Assembly (NCBI GenBank): GCA_014764485.1
Contig: JACXWA010000062.1
Span: forward strand, 1-53,542
Origin: Candidatus Sulfomarinibacter kjeldsenii
GTDB taxonomy: Bacteria; Acidobacteriota; Thermoanaerobaculia; Thermoanaerobaculales; Sulfomarinibacteraceae
Direction: 5' to 3'
DNA length: 53,542 nucleotides
Shown here: piece by piece, positions 10,143 to 19,664 of the stretch
How the letters are laid out: each line of letters starts with the position of its first letter
How positions within the stretch are numbered: position 1 is the first letter of the stretch
Notes under the pieces: generated by a model
Database searches by the model: none
The model's input: only the letters and a program-made list of their open reading frames with translations
What the model was told of the DNA's origin: nothing
Position numbers and translations under genes: made by a program

Positions 10143-11842
10143 CGCCGCTCCAGCAATACTCGGGCATGGGCTCGGGCCGATTCGGTCAACTCACCGCCGG
10201 CCAGCATTCGGGCCACCTCGGCCTCACGCTCGCCGCCATCGAGGGGAGCGACACGCGTTGTTGCCCTTCCTTCTTCAACCACCTTTTCGATCCGAAAATG
10301 GTTGTAGGCCTTCGCCGCCACTTGCGGCAAGTGAGTCACAACCAGGACCTGGTCGTCCACCGCGAGATCGGCGAGTAGCTCGGCGAGAGCAGCCGCTGTC
10401 GCCCCACCCAAGCCTGAATCCACCTCGTCGAACAGGAGGCTCAGACCGCCCGTCGAGCGCCGCTTCCGCAGCACCGTCCGGATCGCGAGATGGACGCGCG
10501 ACAGCTCGCCACCGGAGGCGATCCGCGCCATTGGGCGGGGCTCCTCGCCAGGGTTGGCGGCGATCATAAGAACACACTCGTCGACACCATCCGCGTCAAA
10601 GGCAACCGGATCTCCCGACCGCATCAGGGAGCTTGATGCGTCGGCCCGCGGTTGCCACTGAAACTGGAGCCGCGTCCCGTCCATGGCGAGACGAGCCAGA
10701 ACTTCCTCGACCGCGGTCGCGAGCTCCTCGCCAGTTGCCGATCGTGCCTCGTCGAGCGCCGCAGCACTGGTGTCGAAATCTGCAAGTGCCCGGTCGGCCG
10801 CGGCCGCAGCGCGATCAACACGTTCTTCGACCGATTCAAGCTCGCCCCGTTCGCGGATCAGGTCGTCCTGATGGGCGAGTACGTCCGACAAGCTCGAACC
10901 ATACTTCAGCATCAGCTGTTCGAGAACATGAAGTCTTGACTCGGTGGACTCCAACTCGCCGGGATCGGCGTTCGCGTCATCGCCCAGCGCCTGCACCTCG
11001 CGCACCACTTCCTCAACGTGGACCCGTGCTTCTCCGAGGCGTTCGATCCCGCCCTCCAGCGGCACGCCGCATTCGGCGATGGCTGCAACCTCGCGTTCGG
11101 CGCGGGCGAGCCCGTCAACGACTGACGACTCTCCTTCGCTCAGGCGATCGAGCAGCGACGATGAAAGATCGGCAAGTTGCGCAGCGCTGCGGAGCACGAG
11201 TCGACGTCGTCGCAGTTCGTCATCCTCTCCCTCCATAGGGCCGACGCCGTCGATCTCCTGGAGTTGGAAACTGATGGTGTCGAGGCGATCGCGTCGCGAT
11301 GCCTGTTGCTTTTGCAGCCGTTCGAGCTCGGCCGCGGCCTCGCTCCAGCTCGCGAAACATCGTGCTGTTTCCTCGAGCAATTCCTCATGCGAGCCAAAAT
11401 CGTCCACCAGCCGACGTTGCACATCGGCATCTGCGAGACCATGCTGCTCGTGCTGACCGTGAATCGAGAGCAGATGCGGTGAGATCCGCTGCAGAGCGCC
11501 GGCAGTGACCGTCACGTCATTGACCCATGCGCGACCGCGACCGCCTCTGGTCACCTCACGGCGAAGAACCACGGCATCCGACCGTGGGATGCCGAGATCA
11601 TCGAGGATCGCAGCCAACGGCGAATCGGGCTCGTTGGTGAAGACGCCTTCAACCCACAACCGATCATCACCCGTACGGACCATATCCGACTGCGCACGTT
11701 GACCACCCAGCAGCTTCAGCGATTCAACGAGCAGAGATTTGCCGGCGCCGGTTTCGCCGGTGAGGGCGGAAAAGCCTTCATCGAGATCGATCTCGACGGC
11801 CGAGATGATGCCGAGGCCACGAACAGACAATCGTTCGAGCAT
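10139..11842 (-). CDS. recN: DNA repair protein RecN
   Basis: 567 aa. Walker A LTGETGAGKSLLVESL, long coiled-coil middle, C-terminal LLFDEVDSGLGG signature/Walker B. Confidence 0.93.
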   Translation of the reverse strand: MLERLSVRGLGIISAVEIDLDEGFSALTGETGAGKSLLVESLKLLGGQRAQSDMVRTGDDRLWVEGVFTNEPDSPLAAILDDLGIPRSDAVVLRREVTRGGRGRAWVNDVTVTAGALQRISPHLLSIHGQHEQHGLADADVQRRLVDDFGSHEELLEETARCFASWSEAAAELERLQKQQASRRDRLDTISFQLQEIDGVGPMEGEDDELRRRRLVLRSAAQLADLSSSLLDRLSEGESSVVDGLARAEREVAAIAECGVPLEGGIERLGEARVHVEEVVREVQALGDDANADPGELESTESRLHVLEQLMLKYGSSLSDVLAHQDDLIRERGELESVEERVDRAAAAADRALADFDTSAAALDEARSATGEELATAVEEVLARLAMDGTRLQFQWQPRADASSSLMRSGDPVAFDADGVDECVLMIAANPGEEPRPMARIASGGELSRVHLAIRTVLRKRRSTGGLSLLFDEVDSGLGGATAAALAELLADLAVDDQVLVVTHLPQVAAKAYNHFRIEKVVEEGRATTRVAPLDGGEREAEVARMLAGGELTESARAHARVLLERR

Positions 11843-11931
11843 TGATGCTCATCCTAGCCCGCACTATTCATGAAGTCACTACTACGGCACGCGCGGACGG
11901 GTTACAATCGAGCCCATCCCTGGAGGTCGTC

Positions 11932-12324
11932 ATGAGCCATCCGCCCACCGCCGTTGTCCGGTCCGTGGAATCCGTGGAAGCGGTCACTGTTCCCCGCTGC
12001 CGGGGTGCTTCGCTAAAAGTCCTGCTCGGTCCGGAGAGTGGGGTCCCGAACTTCATTACCCGTCAATTTACCCTCGAGCCGGGAGGCCGTATTCCCTGCC
12101 ATCGCCATGACGACATCGAACACGAGCAGGTCGTTCTCGAGGGCACGATGGTCTTGGGACTCGATTCACGTGAGGTGGAGGTCGGACCAGGTGACAGCGT
12201 GTTCATCCCGGCCGGGGTCGGTCACTGGTATGAAAACCGCAATACAGTTCCGGTGCGGTTCCTGTGTGTGGTTCCTCACACCGACGACTACCAGACGGAA
12301 TGGCTAGAGGAAGCCGCGGATTGA
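11932..12324 (+). CDS. Cupin-2 domain protein
   Basis: ORF 11842..12324. Start set to ATG 11932 (GGAGG 6 nt upstream), since the TTG at 11842 would overlap the recN start. Cupin motifs PCHRHDDIEHEQVVLEG...GDSVFIPAGVGHWYEN. Confidence 0.75.
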   Translation: MSHPPTAVVRSVESVEAVTVPRCRGASLKVLLGPESGVPNFITRQFTLEPGGRIPCHRHDDIEHEQVVLEGTMVLGLDSREVEVGPGDSVFIPAGVGHWYENRNTVPVRFLCVVPHTDDYQTEWLEEAAD

Positions 12325-13007
12325 TTTCGGAATTCGGAATTCAGAACTCGGAATCGCCCCCCGACCCACACGGTGAATCGGACGGACGGAGACCGTGTAC
12401 GGTCGGGCTGACCGGGGGATTGGCAACCGGCAAATCGACGGTGGCCCGGATTCTTGCCGCTCGAGGGATCCCCGTTTTTGATGCGGACTCAGCCGTTCAT
12501 GATCTTTACGAACCTGGCCGAGCCGGCGCAGCCGCCGTCGCGGATCTTTTCGGTGAATCCGCTCTCGACGCCGAGGGGGGTGTCGTAAGGGCCGCGCTTT
12601 CGGAGATGGTACTCGGCAACACAGCAGCTCGCCTTCGTCTCGAAAACGCCATCCACCCGATGGTTCGTGAAACGGTGTCGGAGTGGCTCGAGTCCATCAG
12701 TGACCGGCCAGTCGCCGTGGTCGAGGCGACTCTGCTCGCAGAGACCGGGTCCCACCGAGACTATGACGTTCTCATGGTGGTGTGGTGTGAGCAGCACCAA
12801 CAGTTGCAACGCGCTCTGGCGCGGGGTGTGCCGACCGAGCGGGCACGCGGGTTGATCAATGCCCAGCTGCCGATGGCAGAGAAGAAGGAGCTCGCAGACA
12901 TCCTGGTGGACAACCGTGGCGATCTCGAAGATCTTTCGAACGAGGTCGATAGAGCCTGGTCACAGGTTCACCGGCTCTGCGCCGGGCATCCCTCACGAAG
13001 GGACTAG
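12300..13007 (+). CDS. coaE: Dephospho-CoA kinase
   Basis: VGLTGGLATGKSTVARILAARGIPVFDADS P-loop pattern. Start uncertain: ATG 12300 is chosen, and the conserved core begins near 12405. Confidence 0.85.
   Translation: MARGSRGLISEFGIQNSESPPDPHGESDGRRPCTVGLTGGLATGKSTVARILAARGIPVFDADSAVHDLYEPGRAGAAAVADLFGESALDAEGGVVRAALSEMVLGNTAARLRLENAIHPMVRETVSEWLESISDRPVAVVEATLLAETGSHRDYDVLMVVWCEQHQQLQRALARGVPTERARGLINAQLPMAEKKELADILVDNRGDLEDLSNEVDRAWSQVHRLCAGHPSRRD
12327..12354. repeat. Tandem heptamer (TCGGAAT)x4, third unit TCAGAAC
   Basis: tcggaattcggaattcagaactcggaat read directly, just after the cupin stop and within the uncertain coaE N-terminus. Confidence 0.85.
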
Positions 13008-13008
13008 C

Positions 13009-13935
13009 TTATTCTCTGCGGGTCTTCGCTGCGGCAACGGTGTTGGCCATCAGCATGGCGATGGTCAATGGACCGACGCCACCGGGCACAGGCGTGATGC
13101 GGCCCGCTTTTGGCAGAACGTGGGCGAAGTCAACGTCGCCGGCGAGCACCGCACCGCGCTTTTCGAAGGCGGCAATCTTCTTTTCGTTGCCCGGGTAGAG
13201 GCGCTCCACTGTCTCGCGATCGGTGATTCTGTGCATCCCCACATCGACCACCACAGCGCCTTCACCCACGTGTTCAGGCCCGATCAGCGACCGCACTCCG
13301 ACCGCCGCTACCAGGATTTCCGCCTGCCGCGTGACAGCCGCGAGATCACGGGTGCGCGAGTGGCAGATGGTCACCGTCGCATGGGCGTGGAGGAGGAGCA
13401 TGGCCATCGGTTTACCGACGATGTCCGACCGCCCCACCACCACCGCTCGCCGGCCCGCGATTTCGATCTCTTCTCGTCGCAGCATTTCCATGATGCCCGC
13501 CGGGGTGCAGGGCACCATACGTGGCCGTCCCTGCTGCAACAAGCCGACGTTTTCCGGGTGAAAACCGTCCACATCTTTAGCGGGATCGACGCGACGCAGG
13601 ATTGACGCGGTATCAATGGCTTCAGGCAGCGGCAGCTGGATGAGAATGCCGTCGACTTCTGGATCGGCGTTGAGATCATCGACCACAGCCTCGAGTTCGG
13701 CCTGGCGCGTGGTCTCAGGCAGTCTGTGGGTCTGGGACTCCATCCCGAGCGCGGCCAGGGTCTTCGCTTTGGAACCCACGTAGACCATCGATGCGGGGTC
13801 CCCACCCACCAGAACGGCGTCGAGACGGGGTATGACTTCTTGTTCGCCAAGGGCGGCGACCTCCGCGGCAACCTCCGCGCGAATCTCGGCGGCGATTCTG
13901 GACCCATCGAGCTTCTTTGAAGTGTTGTCCATCAT
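13009..13935 (-). CDS. folD: Bifunctional methylenetetrahydrofolate dehydrogenase/cyclohydrolase
   Basis: 308 aa. LDAVLVGGDPASMVYVGSKAK..., GRSDIVGKPMAMLL, PVPGGVGPLTIAML. Confidence 0.93.
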   Translation of the reverse strand: MMDNTSKKLDGSRIAAEIRAEVAAEVAALGEQEVIPRLDAVLVGGDPASMVYVGSKAKTLAALGMESQTHRLPETTRQAELEAVVDDLNADPEVDGILIQLPLPEAIDTASILRRVDPAKDVDGFHPENVGLLQQGRPRMVPCTPAGIMEMLRREEIEIAGRRAVVVGRSDIVGKPMAMLLLHAHATVTICHSRTRDLAAVTRQAEILVAAVGVRSLIGPEHVGEGAVVVDVGMHRITDRETVERLYPGNEKKIAAFEKRGAVLAGDVDFAHVLPKAGRITPVPGGVGPLTIAMLMANTVAAAKTRRE

Positions 13936-14678
13936 GACCGCCTCCCCTGGTACAACGAAGCGACACCTCCGGTCAGCCTCAACGCTTCAACGTCGCTCAA
14001 CCCAGCTGCCTCCAGGGCCTGACACATCTCTCTTCCCTCGGCGAAGGTGCTGACCGACGCTGGCAGATAGGTGTATGCCTCAGGATCTCCTGACACGAAT
14101 CGCCCGACCCGTGGTGGTACGTTACGCATCCACCACCCGAGCAGCGGTGCCATGGGCCCGCGCGGACGCGAAAATTCCAAGACCAGCAACTCACCCCCGG
14201 GACGCAGAACTCGCGCGAGTTCGCAGAGGCCAACATCGAGGTCAGCAAAATTCCGCACCCCAAAAGCCACGGTCACCACATCCACCGATTCGTCTGCAAA
14301 CGGCAGGCAGAGGGCGTCGGCGGCACAAAGAGGCAAAGACCGCTGGCCGGCCGAGCTCTTGGACTGCGCTTCGCGGAGCATCGGTAGACAGAAGTCGGCA
14401 CCGAAAACGATCGTCCCTTTGATGGCAAGGGCGAGGTCTCCGGTACCGGTGCAGACATCGAGCACCCGCTCGGGACGGGTGGCCGCGACCCGCTGTACAA
14501 CGGTCTTTCGCCAGCTCACATCCCGGCCAAGAGAGAGCACCCGATTGAGGAGATCATACCTGTGGGCGATGCGCCCGAACATCCCTCGGATCTCGGAGCT
14601 CTGCTTCAACAGCAGCTCCTGCCGCATGGCGCGAAGAGTAACACGCTGGCTTGAGGCTTGAGGCCTGGGGTTTGACAT
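13932..14678 (-). CDS. ubiE: Demethylmenaquinone/ubiquinone C-methyltransferase
   Basis: MFGRIAHRYDLLNRVLSLGRDVSWRK plus SAM motif VLDVCTGTGDLA. ATG 14627 is an alternative start that would leave the 14648-14729 hairpin intergenic. Confidence 0.85.
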   Translation of the reverse strand: MSNPRPQASSQRVTLRAMRQELLLKQSSEIRGMFGRIAHRYDLLNRVLSLGRDVSWRKTVVQRVAATRPERVLDVCTGTGDLALAIKGTIVFGADFCLPMLREAQSKSSAGQRSLPLCAADALCLPFADESVDVVTVAFGVRNFADLDVGLCELARVLRPGGELLVLEFSRPRGPMAPLLGWWMRNVPPRVGRFVSGDPEAYTYLPASVSTFAEGREMCQALEAAGLSDVEALRLTGGVASLYQGRRS

Positions 14679-14729
14679 TTGATGTCACGTATACAGATTG
14701 CTCAAGCCACGGGTCTCAAGCCCCAAGCC
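14648..14729. repeat. Imperfect hairpin with tandem-repeat arms (unit GGCTTGA)
   Basis: Left arm ggcttgaggcttgaggcctggggtttga (14648-14675). Right arm ctcaagccacgggtctcaagccccaagcc (14701-14729). 23 of 28 positions are complementary, with a 25-nt loop. Lies downstream of the rdgB stop. Confidence 0.7.
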
Positions 14730-14741
14730 TTGGGTGGGCGG

Positions 14742-15296
14742 TCAGGGGCTTCCGAGCGCGTCGCGGAACGCGATGAAAGCTTTGTGACGGTGGGAGATGA
14801 GGTTCTTCTCCTCCTCGCTCATCTCGCCATAGGAGCGGCCGCCGCCATCGGACGGGACAAATGTGGTGTCCCAACCGAAACCGCCGTCACCCCGGGGACT
14901 CCGAGCGATGGCGCCCTCCACCACCCCTTCACCAAAGACCTCGGCCGCGCCGTCGGTGGCGCAAATCAAACAGCGGGCGGTCGCGCGAACGTCGTCGAAA
15001 CTGTTGGCAATCGTGCAAATACCCTCTGCTCCGACGCTGACCAACAACCACCGAATCAGCGGACCGGGGAATCCACCGAGCCCGGCCAGTTCCAAACTTG
15101 TATCCTCCACCAGAACCGGTCGCCCAAGATGTTTCCATGCTGCCCTTGCCTTGTCACGCACGACCTCTTCGAGGTCGAGCGTCTGCAGTTCTGGGAGGTC
15201 GAGTCCGCAATGATCGAGTGACCGACCGAGGACTGCCTCGGCCTCGCGGAGCTTTCCAAGGTTGGATGTGACAAAGACCAGATCGTCGAGGCGCAT
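14742..15296 (-). CDS. rdgB: Non-canonical purine NTP pyrophosphatase (RdgB/HAM1)
   Basis: 184 aa. VFVTSNLGKLREAE..., LVEDTSLEL, FGWDTTF and HRHKAF patterns. Confidence 0.88.
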   Translation of the reverse strand: MRLDDLVFVTSNLGKLREAEAVLGRSLDHCGLDLPELQTLDLEEVVRDKARAAWKHLGRPVLVEDTSLELAGLGGFPGPLIRWLLVSVGAEGICTIANSFDDVRATARCLICATDGAAEVFGEGVVEGAIARSPRGDGGFGWDTTFVPSDGGGRSYGEMSEEEKNLISHRHKAFIAFRDALGSP

Positions 15297-16879
15297 TAGT
15301 TCTCCGCCTCAGTTTTCTCGATCTCCTCGGCTGCGAGGCGGAATATGTTGATCTTGCGGCTCAGGCCCTTGAGCTGGACCGAGCCCAGAGGTTCAGTTGG
15401 GAAAAGACCGGCAGTCGCCGCCTGGGTTGACTCCCCCAAGACGATGGTGCCGGGTTTGGCAACATGCTCCTCGAGTCTGGAGGCGACGTTGACGGTGTTG
15501 CCGAGCACCGTGTAATCGACTCTGGTCGCCGAACCAATGTCGCCAACAACAACAGGACCCGAGTTCACCGCGACACGGACCTCGACCCGGTCCTCACCCA
15601 CAGCCTCGCGCTCCGTGTTCCACTCGTCGAGCGCGGTCAAAAGCTCGAGTGCCGATCGAACCGCTCGTTCAGCATGGTCGTCCTGTGGTAATGGCGCGCC
15701 GAAAAACGCCATCACCGCATCGCCGATAAATTTGTCGAGCGTCCCGCCATACTTGAAGATCACATCAGCGGCGAGTGAGAAGAACTGATTGAGGAAGGCA
15801 GCCACCTCCTCTGGTGGCAAAGTCTCGCAACGGGCGGTGAAGCCGACGATATCGGCAAACAGAATCGAGGTCTCGCGCACGGTGACTGTAGCGCGATCAT
15901 CACCCGATTCCGACAGGACCGCCTCGATGACCGCTGGAGAGTGGTAGCGCTCGAGGCGGTCGCGGGCCTGTCGTTCACGACGAATATTTTCGTTCAACCG
16001 AGCCCGTTCGATCGCCACCGCGGCGTAGTTCGACAAAGCGGTCAGGAGATCGAGATCGGAAGCGGAAAAGGACCCCACGTGCAACGGCGAGTCGACATAG
16101 ATCACTCCGATGACCCGCTCACGATGCCACAGCGGTGCACACATGGCCGAGCGGATCTGATGAATACGGACACTGCGTCCAGCCTCGAAGCGCTGGTCGG
16201 CTTGCGCGTCGTGGGTCAGAATCGCCACCTGCTGTTGCGAGACCATATCGAGAATCGTGCGCGAAATCGGAACCTCGGCATCTTCACTTACTTGAGATTC
16301 GCGAACCCGATTGAGCTCGAGTTGGGGGTTGCCGTCCGCATCGAAGAGCACAATGAAGCCGCGGTCGACCCGAAGTTGATCGAAGACCAGATCCATCACT
16401 TTTTCGAGCACCGGATCGAGTTCCTCGACCTGAATGAGGACTTTCGCCACTTGGGCAAGAATCTCGAAGACCCGTTCGCGGGGACCTATCTCCTTGGAAA
16501 TCTCCTGCGGTTGACCTTCGAGTCCGTAGTCCTGGTTGAACTCCGACAGAGGTCGCAGAAAAGTGGCCGATGACAAACTTCCGGTGTCGCTTGCCGCCTC
16601 TTCCACCCTGAGTTCGAAGCTTCCGACGCCCAGGAGATCTCCGAGCACAAAAGCACCGGAGGCGACGAATTCCTCGTTGATTCTGACGCCATTGGTGGAT
16701 TCGAGGTCCACAAGATGGAGGTCACCATCGTTCTCTTCGATCCGGGCATGATGCCGCGAAACCGAAAAGTCCCTCAGCACAACATCATTGTCGCTTGAGC
16801 GGCCAAGCGTTAAGCCGCCCCGCACCGGAACTCGATGCGAAACGCCGCTATCTTCGAAGACCAACTCCAGCATTTGCAC
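15296..16879 (-). CDS. FHA-GAF-class III adenylate/guanylate cyclase
   Basis: 527 aa. FHA (LTLGRSSDNDVVLRDFSVSRHHARIE...STNGVRIN), central GAF-like region, cyclase core (ILFADIVGFT...GDAVMAFFGAP...GNTVNVASRLE). Confidence 0.88.
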   Translation of the reverse strand: MQMLELVFEDSGVSHRVPVRGGLTLGRSSDNDVVLRDFSVSRHHARIEENDGDLHLVDLESTNGVRINEEFVASGAFVLGDLLGVGSFELRVEEAASDTGSLSSATFLRPLSEFNQDYGLEGQPQEISKEIGPRERVFEILAQVAKVLIQVEELDPVLEKVMDLVFDQLRVDRGFIVLFDADGNPQLELNRVRESQVSEDAEVPISRTILDMVSQQQVAILTHDAQADQRFEAGRSVRIHQIRSAMCAPLWHRERVIGVIYVDSPLHVGSFSASDLDLLTALSNYAAVAIERARLNENIRRERQARDRLERYHSPAVIEAVLSESGDDRATVTVRETSILFADIVGFTARCETLPPEEVAAFLNQFFSLAADVIFKYGGTLDKFIGDAVMAFFGAPLPQDDHAERAVRSALELLTALDEWNTEREAVGEDRVEVRVAVNSGPVVVGDIGSATRVDYTVLGNTVNVASRLEEHVAKPGTIVLGESTQAATAGLFPTEPLGSVQLKGLSRKINIFRLAAEEIEKTEAEN

Positions 16880-16905
16880 TCATTGTACCGTCGCTGCAAT
16901 GCTCT

Positions 16906-18006
16906 TCAGCGTTTCATCCCTGGTTTGCGCTGTGATTTCTGCTCCCGTATTGTCCGCGTTATCGGACTGTACCAAGAGGAAAGCTCATTCCTCCGCCGCC
17001 CATTGTCTTCGGTGTCAGGCCGAAGAACGGAGAGCTCGTACCATGGTCCCCCAGAGGCATAGAGCCGCCGAGCCGCCAAAGCCCACCACCGTGAATTCGT
17101 GCCATCGAGCAGAGCGAGCCAAAGCCGATCGGAACCCGGGCCAAGAGGGTCCCTGTTCTTCGCTCCGAGAGATCTCAGGTTTTGGTACAAGACTGCTTCC
17201 CCGTCCAGCTGACAATTGTTGTTCCTCCACTGGCGCACCTTTCCATCGAGGCGTCGTAAAGCAGTGTCGACCAGCGACTTGCCCCATCCCTTATGCTGTC
17301 CCTTTGGGATTATGAGGAAGCGGCTCACGCTTACCGCTTCGATGAGTTTGAGGAGCGCGATTCGGTTGTTTCTATCTTGCGACTGCTCGTAGGCCGTTAC
17401 CAGCAGGTCGAGGTCTCCGACGTCGAACACGCGCTCTGCGGCCCCGAAACAATCGTCCGGTGATCGAATCAGCTTGATGCCGATGTAATCGGGCAGCGAT
17501 GCCCCCTCCTGGGCAAGTGCCGACTGGAGCCAAATCTCCAACAACGAGTGTCTGCGAAGTGTTTGTTGCACCCAACCCATTTCACCGGCTAATGCCTTCA
17601 ACGCCTTTTCGTCGATCGTGACATTGACATTTGGTGGACGATCCCCAATCAAATCCCTAAAACCGTAAATAGCCGCCTGGCGCAAGCGTTGGGATTTCGA
17701 CTCGATCGCCGCGCGATAGGCGGGGAGCATCACAGGGTCGTGGTACACCGCTCCACCGAGCAACAGGGCCACCCTCTGCTCCTCGGAAAGATCACGGTCG
17801 CTCCACAGCCGCATGAGTTCGGTTGGGCCGGGCCACGAAGCCTTGACGTAGCGTTGAAAGTTCTCGCGCACCCGGGTGTCGAAATATCTTCCGGGGAAAT
17901 CCATCACCGCCCCCGGGGAGAACGCTGACCCACTGAGCGCGGCCATCAGGACCACTGTAGTCACCACCATCGCCCGATCCCCCATTCCATGCGAGGATAC
18001 CCGCAA
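16906..18006 (-). CDS. Hypothetical secreted protein
   Basis: 366-aa ORF from TTG 18006. ATG 17985 or 17970 gives a cleaner signal peptide (MVVTTVVLMAALSGSAFS). No family recognised. The coding call rests on length and position. Confidence 0.55.
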   Translation of the reverse strand: MRVSSHGMGDRAMVVTTVVLMAALSGSAFSPGAVMDFPGRYFDTRVRENFQRYVKASWPGPTELMRLWSDRDLSEEQRVALLLGGAVYHDPVMLPAYRAAIESKSQRLRQAAIYGFRDLIGDRPPNVNVTIDEKALKALAGEMGWVQQTLRRHSLLEIWLQSALAQEGASLPDYIGIKLIRSPDDCFGAAERVFDVGDLDLLVTAYEQSQDRNNRIALLKLIEAVSVSRFLIIPKGQHKGWGKSLVDTALRRLDGKVRQWRNNNCQLDGEAVLYQNLRSLGAKNRDPLGPGSDRLWLALLDGTNSRWWALAARRLYASGGPWYELSVLRPDTEDNGRRRNELSSWYSPITRTIREQKSQRKPGMKR

Positions 18007-18791
18007 TGGTGCATCGAATGAAGCTCGAGATCGCCTATCATGGTCTGTCGTTCCACGGCTGGCAGAAACAGCGTGACCAGAGGACCGTGCAGGGCGAACT
18101 CCATAATGCGCTCGCTACGCTTTTTCGAGGCCGTGGGGTTTCGGTCGTCGGCGCGAGCCGTACCGATACCGGGGTTCACGCGGCTGGGCAGGTCGCACAT
18201 CTCGATCCTCCCGGTTCAATTCCCCCGGAAGCACTGGTTCGTGGCCTCAACTCCAGACTTCCTCGGCAGATCCGCGTGCTGTCCGCTCGCCCCGTCGCCG
18301 CTACCTTCCACGCCCGCAAAAGCGCTTTGGGAAAGCTCTATACCTACCGCGCCCGATGGCGGGAGCCAAGACTTCCATGGCTCGAACCGCGCTCGGCCGC
18401 GGTGAAGGAGATCTCGGATTCCACAAACTTTTCTGCCGCCCTCGACCTGATGGTGGGACGACACGACTGGGCATCGTTCACGGTCCCCGACCCGGGAACC
18501 GAGTCAACCACACGCACCCTGTTTCGAGCACGAATCCGTCATCGGCCCGAAGGAATTGATCTCGACTTCTTCGGCGAGGGTTTCCTGCGGTACCAGGTCC
18601 GGCGCATGGTGGGGGCATTGTTGGAGGTCGGCACGGGAGACCGAGAGGTAGATGATTTGAGGAATCTGATTGAAAAACCTCGACCCGGTGCGCCAATCCG
18701 CACCGCGCCCGCCCAGGGATTGTGTTTGGAGCACATCTACTATCGGAGCTGTCCCGCTGTCGCCGGCGTGCAGTCGTCGAAAAAGAGCTAA
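18006..18791 (+). CDS. truA: tRNA pseudouridine(38-40) synthase
   Basis: MKLEIAYHGLSFHGWQKQ...GASRTDTGVHA (catalytic Asp). Start is ATG 18006 or 18018. Confidence 0.92.
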   Translation: MVHRMKLEIAYHGLSFHGWQKQRDQRTVQGELHNALATLFRGRGVSVVGASRTDTGVHAAGQVAHLDPPGSIPPEALVRGLNSRLPRQIRVLSARPVAATFHARKSALGKLYTYRARWREPRLPWLEPRSAAVKEISDSTNFSAALDLMVGRHDWASFTVPDPGTESTTRTLFRARIRHRPEGIDLDFFGEGFLRYQVRRMVGALLEVGTGDREVDDLRNLIEKPRPGAPIRTAPAQGLCLEHIYYRSCPAVAGVQSSKKS

Positions 18792-18812
18792 GGATTTTTG
18801 TCATGAGACCTT

Positions 18813-19664
18813 GTGGTAGACTTCCCAGCCCTGGTGTTCACTGTGATGCAGCTTCTTGATGAGATTGCCGAACCCGGCACCCGCGAACGCGAGATCCTGG
18901 AGCGAATCGACCCTGATCGCATGCCCCGCCACGTTGCCATCATCATGGACGGCAACGGACGCTGGGCAAAGGCTCGCTCGCTGCCTCGTGTCGAGGGCCA
19001 TCGTGCCGGTATTCGATCGGTTCGAGAGACCGTGGAGACTGCAGCTCGCCTCGGATTTGAGGTGATCACCCTTTACGCCTTTTCAACCGAAAACTGGAAA
19101 CGACCTCGGCACGAGGTGCTGACCCTGATGGGTTTGCTCAAGGAATACATCAAACGGGAGCTCAAAACCCTGCGCGCCAATAACCTCCGATTCCGTCCTA
19201 TCGGTCGAATCGATCAGTTCGACAAGTCGGTGCAAAAGGAGTTGCAGCGCGCCGTAGATGGCACCGCTGACTGCACCGGCACGCTCGTCCAGATTGCCCT
19301 CAACTACTCTGGGCGCCAGGAGCTGACGGATGTCATCCGTGCCGGAGTCACTGAAGGCGTCAACGGTACGCTCCACCCAGACGGGGTTAACGAAGAGTGG
19401 ATCAACGACCACCTCATGACCAGCGGGTGCCCCGACCCCGACCTCTTGATCCGCACATCGGGCGAACAACGAATCTCAAATTTCCTGCTCTGGCAGGTGG
19501 CCTACGCTGAGATCTACTTCTGTCCGGTCCTGTGGCCGGATTTCACCACGGCGGACCTGCTTGCCGCAGTCCTCGAATTTCAACAGCGTGAACGGAGGTT
19601 CGGTGGTCTCGCTCCAGACGGCAACGTCTTCACACCGGCCGGAGAGTCAGGGGCCACAACGTGA
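18813..19664 (+). CDS. uppS: Isoprenyl transferase (undecaprenyl-diphosphate synthase family)
   Basis: HVAIIMDGNGRWAK and RTSGEQRISNFLLWQ motifs. GTG 18813, with ATG 18846 as an alternative. Confidence 0.92.
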   Translation: MVDFPALVFTVMQLLDEIAEPGTREREILERIDPDRMPRHVAIIMDGNGRWAKARSLPRVEGHRAGIRSVRETVETAARLGFEVITLYAFSTENWKRPRHEVLTLMGLLKEYIKRELKTLRANNLRFRPIGRIDQFDKSVQKELQRAVDGTADCTGTLVQIALNYSGRQELTDVIRAGVTEGVNGTLHPDGVNEEWINDHLMTSGCPDPDLLIRTSGEQRISNFLLWQVAYAEIYFCPVLWPDFTTADLLAAVLEFQQRERRFGGLAPDGNVFTPAGESGATT

